Assembly (NCBI GenBank): GCA_051453625.1
Contig: JBOZIK010000001.1
Span: 34,439,858 to 34,473,505, forward strand
Direction: 5' to 3'
Length of the DNA: 33,648 bases
Source: Welwitschia mirabilis
Lineage: Eukaryota
Positions 13,920 to 25,199 of the stretch are shown one piece after another. The notes beneath the pieces are model-generated. The model saw nothing but the letters and a program-made list of their open reading frames with translations. It searched no databases and had not been told where the DNA came from. How positions within the stretch are numbered: the stretch's first letter is position 1; each line of letters starts with the position of its first letter. The position numbers and the translations under genes are program-made.

Positions 13920-15430
13920 AGTTGCTTCTAGATCTTTAAACTTAAGACATTTTTGAGAAACTAAGTAGGAAATATATTGTACAATGAATACTTTACTTGA
14001 AATTACCCTCTTTTATTTTCTTTTTACTAAGCTCTTTCAAATTTTGTTGTAATTGGGGTTCTCTTGAAGGATCTTCCAAAAGGGAAGGTTGATAGTAACA
14101 TCATTCATAATTGCTTTCAAATACTCATCATAAGTTGGATTGTTGTTTAATCTTTCTAGCCATGGAATAGTCTTCTCATTGGGATGTTGGTTGTTTTTGT
14201 TGATTTAGGAAAGTTTAATTGATCAAGAATTTCAATATCATCTTTATGAGATTTTTCCTTATCTTTATGAATAAAAGTTAAAGGTTTTTCATAAGAAGCA
14301 GTATTATGTCCACTTCAAGTTACTACTTTCCAATCTTTCTCTGTATCATTTGAGTCTAAAATAGTTTGAGTGGCAAGTGATCCTTAAGGTCTTTAATTTT
14401 CTAACATGTTTTATCGAAGGAGGTTAATCAAATTTTTTAAGTTTTTACTCTAATTTTCTAAGATTTCATTAATGGTATCTTGTGTCATTTTGAGTTCCTC
14501 CATCATTTCTCTATAGGGATCATTTTTATTATAGTTGAAAAAATTGGGCTGAGAGTTATGACCTCTATATTTGTTGTTAAATGAATGTTGTAAAGATGTT
14601 GAAGGTCCATTATTTCTTGGTGGATATTATTATTTACCTCTAAATTTGTTTGGCCTTTGATTGAATGCATAGACTTCTTTAAATATGGCCTCTCTATAAG
14701 TTGGTAAAGCTGGGCATTCCTTGGTAGAATGATAGTTTTCATCACATATTTCATAACGGTTGAGTTAATTTAGTAATTTTGCATCAGTTAAATCTTTTAT
14801 GTAACTCTCCAATGTACTAGTAATATCACAAAGTAGGTTTTTATCCTTTGTTTATTCTTCTTCATGTTGCACTTTTTTAAGTCTCTAAGAATTTCACCTA
14901 TAGTTCTAGTGTCTCTACATGTAGTTTTTGACTGATTTTGACTTCTTTTTATAAGGTCCTGTCTAAAGTTAAATTGAGTAAATCTTCATCACATAAAAAA
15001 TCTATCATTTATCTGGTTTAATCATTCAATCCACTATATAAGTGATTAATAAGTTCTTGTTTTTCAAACTCATTCACTGAGTTGAATGACATAGTAATCA
15101 AAAATCTTTCATATGTTTAGGAATAATCTTCATAAGGGTATTGTTGAAAATTTATTACTTCTTTTCTTCTTATCCTCATGACTATCTCATTCATAAACCA
15201 TTTGATAAAGAATTCTTGTACATTATTCCATGACTTAAGACTTCTATGTGGAATGGTTTTAGGCCAAGTTTTTGCTTTTCCTTTTAAGGTAAAAGGAAAG
15301 GTTATCATGTAGGTCCTATTTGAAATTTTTTTTTTTGATTTCCTGAGGTAACAATGAGTTGTTCAATATCAGCTATGTGTTGGAATGGGTCTTCATTAGG
15401 TTCTCTAGAAAAGGTAGGATAGGCATTTAA
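13920..15430 (-). pseudogene. Gag region, copy 2
   Basis: PTFSREPNEDPFQHIADIEQL; MITFPFTLKGKAKTW..SLKSWNNVQEFFIKWF..RKEVINFQQ; ICDENYHSTKECP. Confidence 0.88.
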
Positions 15431-16071
15431 TTTTTTTAACTCTACATCATCTCCAATGGGTTTTGAAGTTTCCTCTTTTTATTAGTTAACATATCCTTTA
15501 GAGTGATATTTAAACTAGAGGCTTCTAATGTTTTATGTGATGACTTGTTGAATGCCATAGAGGTAGAATAATTAGGATGGTTAGGCTAAGAAGAAAATGT
15601 AGGATTTTTATTAGAACTTGATTGATTTTCAAAAATTTTCAAAGATTTAGGAGTATGTAAATAAGAAATAGTAAATGTAAAATAATCATCTTACTTAATT
15701 AAAGAACTAAACTTTTCTTTCTCATATTAAGTTCTTGAATTAAAGTCCACCAAACCTTATTTGATTACTTCTTGAAGGAAATGTCTTTCATGAATGTGTT
15801 TGCCTTTGTTTCTATTTATTATTACCCTGTAAGATCAAATTATATTATACAAACTTTTTTACATTCAAATGGTAACAATGTCTAGGATCACTTGAATGTG
15901 TAAGGAGTAAGATACACTAAATGAATGTGGTACTCACTTAAATCACACAAAGTAAAAAGTGTAGATCAAGTATATTGAAAATAATAATTAATGTGGTAAA
16001 CCCTAAGATCACACAAAGTATAAGGGATAGATATAACAAGGATTGACAATCTCCTCCACCTATGTTGACTG

Positions 16072-16159
16072 CCTATATAGTGATGTGTACGTGATGGGAA
16101 GACACTAAAACAATTACCTATATAGTAGTGTATGTGACGGAGAGACATTGAAATAGTTA
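16072..16159. repeat. Two-copy ~45 bp tandem repeat in the retroelement 5' leader
   Basis: CCTATATAGTGATGTGTACGTGATGGGAAGACACTAAAACAATTA followed by CCTATATAGTAGTGTATGTGACGGAGAGACATTGAAATAGTTA. Confidence 0.75.
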
Positions 16160-16873
16160 ATTGAAGGAGGTGTTTACCTTAATAGGCTAGTAATTGCTAC
16201 TAGATAGGCCCCATAGGGTAACTAATACATTCATGCTGTGGGTTCTCAACATGCATCTCAATACCACCCTGATCATATATGAGGTTTCTACCTATTACTT
16301 ACTTTGATGGTATATGAGGTGGGTACAACGATGGTAATGAGGTCAGCTGGCACATTTGGATGCTACTTATAGTGCTTAGTGATTACTAACAAGGAAGCCA
16401 TCTTCCTTAGGATAGCTTGGCTAGGTAGCTTTAGTTCAAGAGCAATAGTGACTAGCCATAGATATGAACCTGCTTGTAAGACATGGGTGCAGATACAATA
16501 ATTCCCATTATTGGGATTAGGAGAAAAGGTAGATATGACACATGAGAAGAAGTAGGCCTAGAAAAATAATCTTAGAAAATATAAAATTTTGAAAATAAAT
16601 TTAAAAAATGATTTCTAAATATAAATTACTAAATTAAAATATAAATCCCTTAAATTAAGATTGCACTTGAATCTAAAGAAAAGAAAATTGCAAGAAATTA
16701 AAAATAAAAATTACAATGTGCAAGGGAGGGAGATTAAAGTAAACTCCAAATGGATAATCAAGCAATTACAAGTAGATCCAAGAGGATAAAATACAACACT
16801 ACTCATAAACAATTTGAAGTAACTTCAAGATACTTACTTGAGTAATGATAATCGTTTTTTTATATTGAAGTCT

Positions 16874-16891
16874 TCATCAACAATGATGCCA
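16874..16891 (-). promoter_or_regulatory. Decayed primer-binding site, tRNA-Asp type (Athila hallmark)
   Basis: Minus strand TGGCATCATTGTTGATGA vs consensus TGGCGCCGTTGCCGGGGA: 7 differences, 6 of them C>T or G>A. Lies just inside the LTR at 16900. Confidence 0.7.
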
Positions 16892-16899
16892 AAATTTCA

Positions 16900-17679
16900 C
16901 AATGTGTATTTTTGCTTTCAATTCCAATATTTTAAAGATCAAATTTGACTTGAAACACTTAAAAAGATGATAATCTAATTACACATAATACACATTTGCA
17001 TAGTGGGATCAACCCAAATGTCATACACTTAGAGAAGACTTCTANNNNNNNNNNNNNNNNNNNNNNNNNNNNNNNNNNNNNNNNNNNNNNNNNNNNNNNN
17101 NNNNNNNNNNNNNNNNNNNNNNNNNNNNNNNNNNNNNNNNNNNNNNNNNNNNNNNNNNNNNNNNNNNNNNNNNNNNNNNNNNNNNNNNNNNNNNNNNNNN
17201 NNNNNNNNNNNNNNNNNNNNNNNNNNNNNNNNNNNNNNNNNNNNNNNNNNNNNNNNNNNNNNNNNNNNNNNNNNNNNNNNNNNNNNNNNNNNNNNNNNNN
17301 NNNNNNNNNNNNNNNNNNNNNNNNNNNNNNNNNNNNNNNNNNNNNNNNNNNNNNNNNNNNNNNNNNNNNNNNNNNNNNNNNNNNNNNNNNNNNNNNNNNN
17401 NNNNNNNNNNNNNNNNNNNNNNNNNNNNNNNNNNNNNNNNNNNNNNNNNNNNNNNNNNNNNNNNNNNNNNNNNNNNNNNNNNNNNNNNNNNNNNNNNNNN
17501 NNNNNNNNNNNNNNNNNNNNNNNNNNNNNNNNNNNNNNNNNNNNNNNNNNNNNNNNNNNNNNNNNNNNNNNNNNNNNNNNNNNNNNNNNNNNNNNNNNNN
17601 NNNNNNNNNNNNNNNNNNNNNNNNNNNNNTAGTTTTTTAAACTATTGTATTTATTATCCTTCCTATTATTCTTGTGACA
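16900..17679 (-). repeat. 5' LTR (mostly N gap, right end unresolved)
   Basis: Homologous to 4169-4906 on both sides of the gap; PBS adjacent. Confidence 0.75.
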
Positions 17680-17941
17680 TAGCAGACAACCAATCTAACT
17701 TTCAACTAATTCTTGACATGTGTTGATCATCCAACCTATGCTAACTATCATCTTGGGTGTTATTCCAACCACATGAGGCATGTTAGAACCTATTTAATTA
17801 CTCTTGTTATATGTCATTCTATAATGGTTATCCTAGTGGTAGACAAGAAAAATATTAGATCTTATCAAACAACTATCATTTTACATAAGTCATATGAATG
17901 ACAAGGTAGATGACTAGTTTCTCACTACTAGAAATGAACTC

Positions 17942-18215
17942 TTTTAGGGCATTTATTTTAATACATACCTTAAGTAAAGTGCCTTATAACACTTTTATTA
18001 AATAAATCTTATAAAAATCCTTTTATGGCATTTGCTTAAACAAACACCTTAAAAAGCCATTTCGAATTTATTCCCTAGCATTTATAAAAAAACGTCTTAA
18101 TAATAAGACATGTATTATGTATTAAAGGAGATAAAAAGTATAGTATTTAAGGCATTTATTTAGATGAAAATATTAAATAATGTAATGGTTTTACCCCTAA
18201 ATAAAAAAGGCCTTA
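17942..18215. repeat. CACTA left subterminal repeats
   Basis: Variants in both orientations: TAGGGCATTT, AAGTGCCTTA, ATGGCATTT, AAACACCTTA, AAACGTCTTA, TAAGGCATTT, AAAGGCCTTA. Confidence 0.85.
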
Positions 18216-18365
18216 ATATTTTTAATAGCAGATCCACTTAATATGACATTCTTAGCATGTAACTTCTTCATTAAATGTTAGTTTTATGCCAAATCACACT
18301 TTCTCAATAGAGTTTTTAAGGAGAAAGAATATGAAGGTTTCATTACTATGTTTTGCATCTTTCAG

Positions 18366-19102
18366 ATGGAGCAATAGCTTCTTGAAGTCTACATTTATAT
18401 CTACAATTTAGGGGAGTAACTTTATTCTCAGTTTCATGTATTTAAAAATAATTGGTGCTTTCGATTGATACATCTTCATATTCTAAGGTTACATCATGAA
18501 ATTTTCTAATGATAAATGCTGCTAATCATTTTGTGAATGCTGAAAAACATTTCTTGTAATTTTGAATGCTGTGAAATACTAATGCAAATCCCTAATGCAC
18601 TTTTTTTGTTGATTTTTGTTTCCTTTTATTTCCAGCGATTTTGTGATCACTTGGGATGAATTGACGCAGAGTGAAGAGTATTTTAAAAACTTGTTTAAAG
18701 CAAGGCTAGGAAATAATGCCTATGATGATTTGAACTATTGAGGATCATCTAGAGATAGTAGAGGTAAAATAACAGAGCTAGAATATTGGCTTTTCTCTTT
18801 TCCATAACTTATAAAGTAGACATCTTGAGTTAACTAGCAGTTACTTATATTAAAAAAGACTAACATTTTGATATGTAATTCGGTAGTCATTGATGTTTAC
18901 TATTTCTTGAAGTTATTTCAATATCCTATAATTATTTTAACTTTTTTTTAACGTTTTTGTAGTTCACTACTTAAACAATCTTTATCATTTGGGAAGAATT
19001 GATAATTCTATTCTTTTATTATAATTATTTCCTTTTTATAGATCAAATCCTTAGATAACATAAAGAAAGTTAAGGCCAGAAAAGAATGATACATTAACTC
19101 AA
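18366..19102 (+). pseudogene. Unidentified captured gene fragment, three exons (18366-18415, 18636-18763, 19042-~19102)
   Basis: Polypyrimidine-AG acceptors and GT donors with matching phases. Spliced: MEQ*LLEVYIYIYNLGD|DFVITWDELTQSEEYFKNLFKARLGNNAYDDLNY*GSSRDSRD|QILR*HKES*GQKRMIH*L. All stops can be explained by C>T. Confidence 0.6.
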
Positions 19103-19710
19103 GTTGATCATTTGTGAATCTTTGTCATTTCAAAAGCAGATATCCTAAAATTTTAGTTAAGATGATTAATAATGGTAATATCAATAAGACACTCCTATGT
19201 TATTTATTTGAAGTTTCTAGGTATTTCTAATTTTTCTTTTTCACTTCAAATTATTTCCTTTGTGTACTCCTAAATATTCAGATGATAGCAAAATCGCTCT
19301 AAAATAACTTATTGACTTTAAGAAATAAAATAATCCTAAATTTTTTTATAGTTTATGTAAATGTTTTTTCTAACTGTTACTCTTCTTTTGATTGTACCTA
19401 ATTGAGTGTCTAATAAAATTCTTGACCTGATCCTATATTGCAAATGGTATTCATAACAAAATAATGTATCTAATAGAATTCTTTTTCCTAGTATTTTTGA
19501 TTTTAAAATAATGTGAATCAAAATCTCTCAACTTAGCAAATATCATTGTTTCTATGCTTAGTATACAAGTGCATTGCTAGTAGCTCTTTCTTAAAATGTA
19601 TCATAATAGATATTCAATCTTAAATATTTCATTAGAAAAAATCTATTAATGCTAATTAGGTTTCTAATGGAGTATCTGTATTAAAATTGTTTGTGATTGA
19701 TATGATCTAG

Positions 19711-20073
19711 GTGAAGCAAAGGTTTGTGAAAATGAAGAGAGTTTATGCAGCACTTAAAGTTTTAGCTAATGCAATTGAGCATCTGATGAGAGAATTAGCC
19801 TCAGAGGAAGGAGATGTTTTTATACAAGATGAGGTAGCTACATAGTATTTTTCTTCCATGAATTTATTTGGATGTTTGTTTCTAGTGTTGTTTCATTTCT
19901 TGCATCTTATGGGCTCCATAATAGAGTGAAAAATTAACATTATTTTTACTCATTTTATGTAGTTGAAAAAGAAATGCAATTGAATAAGGTACTAATAGAA
20001 GAAACATTGACATACAACATTGTGCCTAAGGATGTATAGTCAATTAAAAAATACAATTGATTTAATTGCAGAG
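19711..20073 (+). pseudogene. CalS: Callose synthase (CalS9/CalS10, GSL10/GSL8-like) N-terminal fragment, two exons (19711-19833, 19963-20073)
   Basis: VKQRFVKMKRVYAALKVLANAIEHLMRELASEEGDVFIQDE|LK/EMQLNKVLIEETLTYNIVPKDV*SIK/NTIDLIAE resembles the recalled CalS9/10 stretch ERKTVKRKRVFATLKVL..EE|LK..D...EDLIAYNIIPLDA..TNAI..FPE. GT-AG intron 19834-19962; exon 2 has compensating frameshifts. Confidence 0.85.
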
Positions 20074-21021
20074 GTGGCTCTCCTCATATATTGAAAAAAA
20101 ATTAGTTTTTTATTCTGCTACTTGTGTAAAGATTTGCAATTGATTATGTTATTGCATGGGTATTTGAAAGCTTATTCTTTGTAGTCCATAAGATTATTAT
20201 TTAGTTGTGATAAAACCATATAATATGCTAATATCCAAAATGAACTTATCTCTTCTTTGCCTATTACATCTAATGCACTAAGAATGTTGTTGCATGTNNN
20301 NNNNNNNATCTGTTATATTAGTTAGTTGCCCAAAAAGCCACTTTATAGATAAGTATAAAATTTTGAAATGATCATATGCATATTTTTCAAATAGCCCTAG
20401 TGCTCTAGATGACATTCAAACAATAGTGTATGACCTCTTAAGTGTAATTAAATAAAAGTTAATTACATCTTAGAATCATAAAAGTCAATTTAATTTTTAT
20501 TTTATCCTTTTCTTGACTTCTAGCTGAAAACATGCAAGGGGATTTCTTATGTAGCATATCTACAGTTTTAACAATAAAATTTTGTTTTAGCATTTANNNN
20601 NNNNNNNNNNNNNNNNNNNNNNNNNNNNNNNNNNNNNNNNNNNNNNNNNNNNNNNNNNNNNNNNNNNNNNNNNNNNNNNNNNNNNNNNNNNNNNNNNNNN
20701 NNNNNNNNNNNNNNNNNNNNNNNNNNNNNNNNNNNNNNNNNNNNNNNNNNNNNNNNNNNNNNNNNNNNNNNNNNNNNNNNNNNNNNNNNNNNNNNNNNNN
20801 NNNNNNNNNNNNNNNNNNNNNNNNNNNNNNNNNNNNNNNNNNNNNNNNNNNNNNNNNNNNNNNNNNNNNNNNNNNNNNNNNNNNNNNNNNNNNNNNNNNN
20901 NNNNNNNNNNNNNNNNNNNNNNNNNNNNNNNNNNNNNNNNNNNNNNNNNNNNNNNNNNNNATATATAAGGTACCTATGTTTAAAGGTACTGTGTCTTTCC
21001 TTATTTCATAATACATCTTAC

Positions 21022-21302
21022 TTCAACCACGTCCACTAGTTCTGACATTGTTGCACTATCACCTCCCATAACTATACATTCAGCACTCTTCTAGTTTCTA
21101 GAATAATATTTTGGGGTATTTTTCTATCAACATTTATTTATCATCTAAAGCTGATTATCCATATAGATGCCTTCAGATAATAATAGTACAAAACTACCAA
21201 AATGAAACAACTAATTTCTCATGCTAAGGAATTATATGTGTCAAGTTCTAGCTTTACTCAGATGTAAAGAAGAAAGCAATGTCCTATAGTGCAAATGTAG
21301 AC
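21022..21302 (-). pseudogene. Unidentified captured gene fragment, two exons (21302-21258, 21097-21022)
   Basis: Phase-2 compatible junction, donors GTAAAG and GTAAGA. Spliced: STFAL*DIAFFFTSE|N*KSAECIVMGGDSATMSELVDVVE. Confidence 0.55.
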
Positions 21303-22057
21303 CTTCAGTTTATCATCTTTAGAAACCTTAATGATTACTAGCATATGGATAACAATACACCATTTGTAATCAAACACTTAAATGAAACTATCAAAATAGT
21401 TCTATAACTTTTGCTTCCAATCTTTAAGTATAAATGTTTCATAAGCTAAAAGTCACTAATTTAGAAGTGAAAAAACTTTGTGAACTTTCTAATTTATTCT
21501 AGGTGGTTTTATTTAACATGGTAAATGATTAAAGTAATCCCAAGAGATATCCAACTAAAAACATACACACACACTAGTGCAATGGACAAATGAATTTTAT
21601 CCTATCTTTTTATGTTATGCATATTCTTGCTATGTAAATTTATAGAAACTAAACAAGATAATAGTAATCTGATTATAAATACCATTCTTATTTCTAATGC
21701 TTAGAGAAAAAGAATTTATCTAATTTAGTAGGTATTATCTTATGTAGTTTAAAAAATCTTAAGCAATGAAAACAATTAGATTCCATCCACACTTTGGTAA
21801 GGTATGTTTATGAGAAAGTCTCTTTAGATCTTTCTGCATACTTGAGATTATTAGTCAAGCATATGAGGTTAAATCTTTTTTAGAGTAGTGATATTGATCA
21901 TTTGAAAGTTACTTATTATGAAGTATTTCTTACTGTGAAGTATTACCTTAGTTTTAGAAACTAGTGGTTTTAACATATTCAATAATTATGAGGTTAGCAA
22001 ACCTCCCTTAGAATGATGAAATTTTTTTACAAACTATTATTTTACCTTGATCTATAG

Positions 22058-22429
22058 GTTTCCATAAATGACACCATATTAAGCATTGCTACACTAGATG
22101 AGTATGACCTTTTTCATGAAGGGTATTGGTATTAATTAGAAGTTTTAGCTTTGGTAAGGTTTTCAATCCTCTCTAATGTGCTTTTTACCTTATCTTTTAC
22201 TTACCTTGGTCGTGACTCATGCTTGCTTCAGCTAAGCATGACTAAAACTTTAGAAGATTTAATTTATTTTTAGTTCATTTTCCTCTTTCTTTTAGAAGAG
22301 TCATATGACTAAGTTACCTTGTATGCAGTTCTTGGTAAACCCCAACCTCTAATTTCTGAAGAAGTTGTTAAAGAATAAGTTATTTAATGGAAAAGTTTTC
22401 TATGGTCTTCCTTTTATCTCTCAACTTAG
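22058..22429 (+). pseudogene. ABCG: Full-size ABCG (PDR) transporter fragment, two exons (22058-22211, 22329-~22429)
   Basis: VSINDTILSIATLDEYDLFHEGYWY*LEVLALVRFSILSNVLFTLSFTYLG|LLGKPQPLISEEVVKE matches the PDR-associated region motif LF.E.YWYWIGVGALLGF..LFN.LFTLAL.YL.PLGKPQA.ISEE. Phase-1 GT-AG intron 22212-22328. Confidence 0.9.
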
Positions 22430-22600
22430 GTAATTGATTTTCTCTTCTAGAATTTGCAAATACATATTGTTCCTAAAACATTTGTGCCATTTATTCATTA
22501 TCAATTCTCCTTTGAAATGTGGATTCAATAGCCTAGTATGCATTCATAGTGTTCATAAAACTAAATATCAAACTATCCGTGTTGGAATGAAATTTTATAC

Positions 22601-23022
22601 CAGTGGATGGAAAAGCTTAAATAAAATCCTTATTGATAGTGGAGCTGCTAGTTAAAACACTGATTGATATGTTAACCTATATTCCTAGCCAATCTAATAA
22701 GCTTGTAATGAAGAAAATGAGATACATTAACTTGACCAGCAAAATACATTACATGTTATAATGAAAAAAATTTCTATAGCCAATGTACTCTAAAATGAAT
22801 TTCGGGATTACCCATAATGCACTGATGTGAAATGGTTTTTGATAAAAACAGATACATAGATGATTCATTTGATAGACTATGGAATGTTAAGAAATAGGAA
22901 TTCTTCTTTACTACTATTACTACTAGAGCAATTTGTCCACTGGAAGAGTAAGTGACAAGCCTCCTTCCAAGGTAATGCAGACTACCATTGTTAGCAAATA
23001 GACATTTTCATCCACTCTTGCA
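22601..23022 (-). pseudogene. Unidentified captured gene fragment, exons 23022-~22912 and 22676-22601
   Basis: After acceptor CTATAG: ARVDENVYLLTMVVCITLEGGLSLTLPVDKLL followed by a TAG/TAA run (possibly decayed Gln codons). The second AG..GT-bounded 76-bp block has an ambiguous frame. Confidence 0.5.
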
Positions 23023-23455
23023 CTATAGGCAAGGAAGAGCCAATCCTATAGAAATCTCTATTTTGCATTGTATTTTTTAGAAACTAAAGTGCTAAATGAA
23101 AAGATGTAAGGGAATTCAATTTGTATCATGATAACAATGAGCTCTATTACTACATTTTGCATTGTATTTTGCAAAAAATGAAGTGCTAAACATTTTAGAT
23201 ATTAAACATCTCTTATTAATGTGTGCTTTCCTTAATGTTAACTTTTATTTCTAGAATTAACTTTCCTTTTGGTACATATGCTAACTAAAAGGAAAAGCTA
23301 ATATAAATGTGCATCTGCGCTTCTGTTTGCTTTCTTTTCTTTTTCTTTTCTTTTCTTCCTTTGTTTTTTTTGCATTTTTTCCATGGTTATAGATTAATTC
23401 TATAGTTATAATGTAATTTCTTAGTTTCTGACATACTAGTATTTCAAATCTATAG

Positions 23456-23606
23456 GCCACACTCACATGAGTGTTCTGGAAGTGGTTTGGATGGTGAACT
23501 TTAATTTATAAGTTGGGAAGAATCTCTCATTTCCACTCAATAGGGAAAAACAATGGACTATTCTACCCCACTGATGGATTTATTATATCATGATGTAACA
23601 ATTGAG
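23456..23606 (+). pseudogene. RDR1: RNA-dependent RNA polymerase (RDR1-like) catalytic exon, 151 bp
   Basis: PHSHECSGSGLDGEL*FISWEESLISTQ*GKTMDYSTPLMDLLYHDVTIE vs recalled RDR1 RPHPNECSGSDLDGDIYFVCWD.ELIP....PMDY.P....LDHDVTIE. Acceptor CTATAG, donor GAG|GTAAG. ECSGS and HDVTIE favour RDR1 over RDR2 and RDR6. Confidence 0.88.
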
Positions 23607-23996
23607 GTAAGGTTGTGCTTTATTTTAAATTATTTATTAAATGCATTACGTGTACTAATAAGATAGAAAAACATTGAGCCACACTGACAATGTAGTTAGG
23701 CAGTTTTATTAATTGTCATTTATTATGTAGGTATCTGATTATCTTTATATCCACCCTTCAATCCACAACACTTTATTTTATATCAACAATATCAATTTTT
23801 GTTGGAACCATTCATTTTTTCTTTGGAGACAGTATTTTAATTTGCATATTTAATCTTGTTTTGATTTATGATGTAAAATAGCTTAAAGGATTTTAATTGT
23901 AGTTCATCAATTTAACTATTGAAACATGAATTTAGTATGGGGACCTTGCATTTTCCTACTATCCCTTGAGCATATCTTCCAAAAGGATTTAGGTAC

Positions 23997-24106
23997 CTAT
24001 GTAAGATAACTAGCTTCCCAGATTTGACAAAACAGAAGAGGTGTTTCATAGGCATGACATTACTAGGTTCAGAATATATGATATCCATTCACAAAATGGA
24101 GCACAT
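23997..24106 (-). pseudogene. Possible additional captured exon
   Basis: 110-bp higher-GC block bounded by TTAG and AG|GTAC. Candidate reading CAPFCEWISYILNLVMSCL*NTSSVLSNLGS*LSYI; not recognised. Confidence 0.3.
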
Positions 24107-25199
24107 CTAATCTTCTATGCTTAGGAGAATAATCTAGAGTACACAATTAATACATAAGTAGTATCTTATATTTGTACATGCACAGTCAAGGATGTCAACC
24201 TAAGGAGCTAAGAAATGAAAGTAAGACATGTAATGAAAAAAATTACTGACGTAAATTAAAGCAAACACATCAAAATCTCAGGTAAGAAAGTGGATAATTG
24301 ATGAAGGAGACAAATAATTATCTTTTAACTATAGCCATATTTACAGCTTATGCTTCCTGATGCTTCTTCTTTGCACATATAGTAACTTACAACTAGTTTA
24401 CTACCAACATATCCATGCAGTTTTTGATGCCTTGCTTTTTCTTATTAATTTTAAATTAATTATTATTCATTTGAAATTATAATAACTAAGATTAGCTTAT
24501 CATGTTTATGAAGATCATTCTTTGTTTAGCATTCACAGTCATTATTGTATCTTAAAAATCAATTATGACAAGATCCATAAGTGCTTTTAAAGTAATCTTT
24601 ACTTGAATTATGACATAGGTAATCTTGAAGGGGTATCTAATAAAATCTAGAAATTTTGGCTTTGTAGAGTCTATTATCTGCTTTACTCTNNNNNNNNNNN
24701 NNNNNNNNNNNNNNNNNNNNNNNNNNNNNNNNNNNNNNNNNNNNNNNNNNNNNNNNNNNNNNNNNNNNNNNNNNNNNNNNNNNNNNNNNNNNNNNNNNNN
24801 NNNNNNNNNNNNNNNNNNNNNNNNNNNNNNNNNNNNNNNNNNNNNNNNNNNNNNNAAATAGAATGAGATATTGAGAAGGAAATTCCATAAGCTATAAGAA
24901 GGCTCTCAGAGATTAAGAGTTAAATGTGAATGAATTCCACATCCTCTAGATGCTCCTTTTCTCTTCTCTTAAAGTTATAAAGGTTTATGACTACTAATTT
25001 GTTTTATGCATAAAAGGCCTAACCCTTTCTATACATCAAAATTTAGCCCTAGGTTTATCCTTAAATTAAAATGTAACATTAGAGATTGGCTAATGTTAAA
25101 AGATTCTTGACCTAGGGAAAGCATCTGTAACTAATCATTTAATATGGACATGTCAGCATTTTTTAGAATCACAATAACAGATCATTTGATAACTACACC

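Larger units (their letters stand above)
4169..17679 (-). mobile_element. Degenerate Ty3/gypsy Athila-like LTR retrotransposon, probably a mosaic of several copies
   Basis: Homologous LTRs at 4169 and 16900, decayed Asp-PBS next to the right LTR, PPT next to the left LTR. Domain order gag-PR-RT-RH-INT on the minus strand is gypsy-type. Gag and integrase are each present twice. Confidence 0.88.

Noticed and set aside
17706-17715. CTAATTCTTG also occurs at 4159-4168, just outside the left LTR, as a possible TSD
   Set aside because: Gypsy TSDs are about 5 bp and must directly abut a CA end, which is not the case here; a chance match in AT-rich DNA is plausible.
5207-24888. ORF-track entries dominated by X (5207, 13253-13588, 16996, 20532, 20594, 24625, 24637)
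   Set aside because: They stay open only because they run through N gaps.
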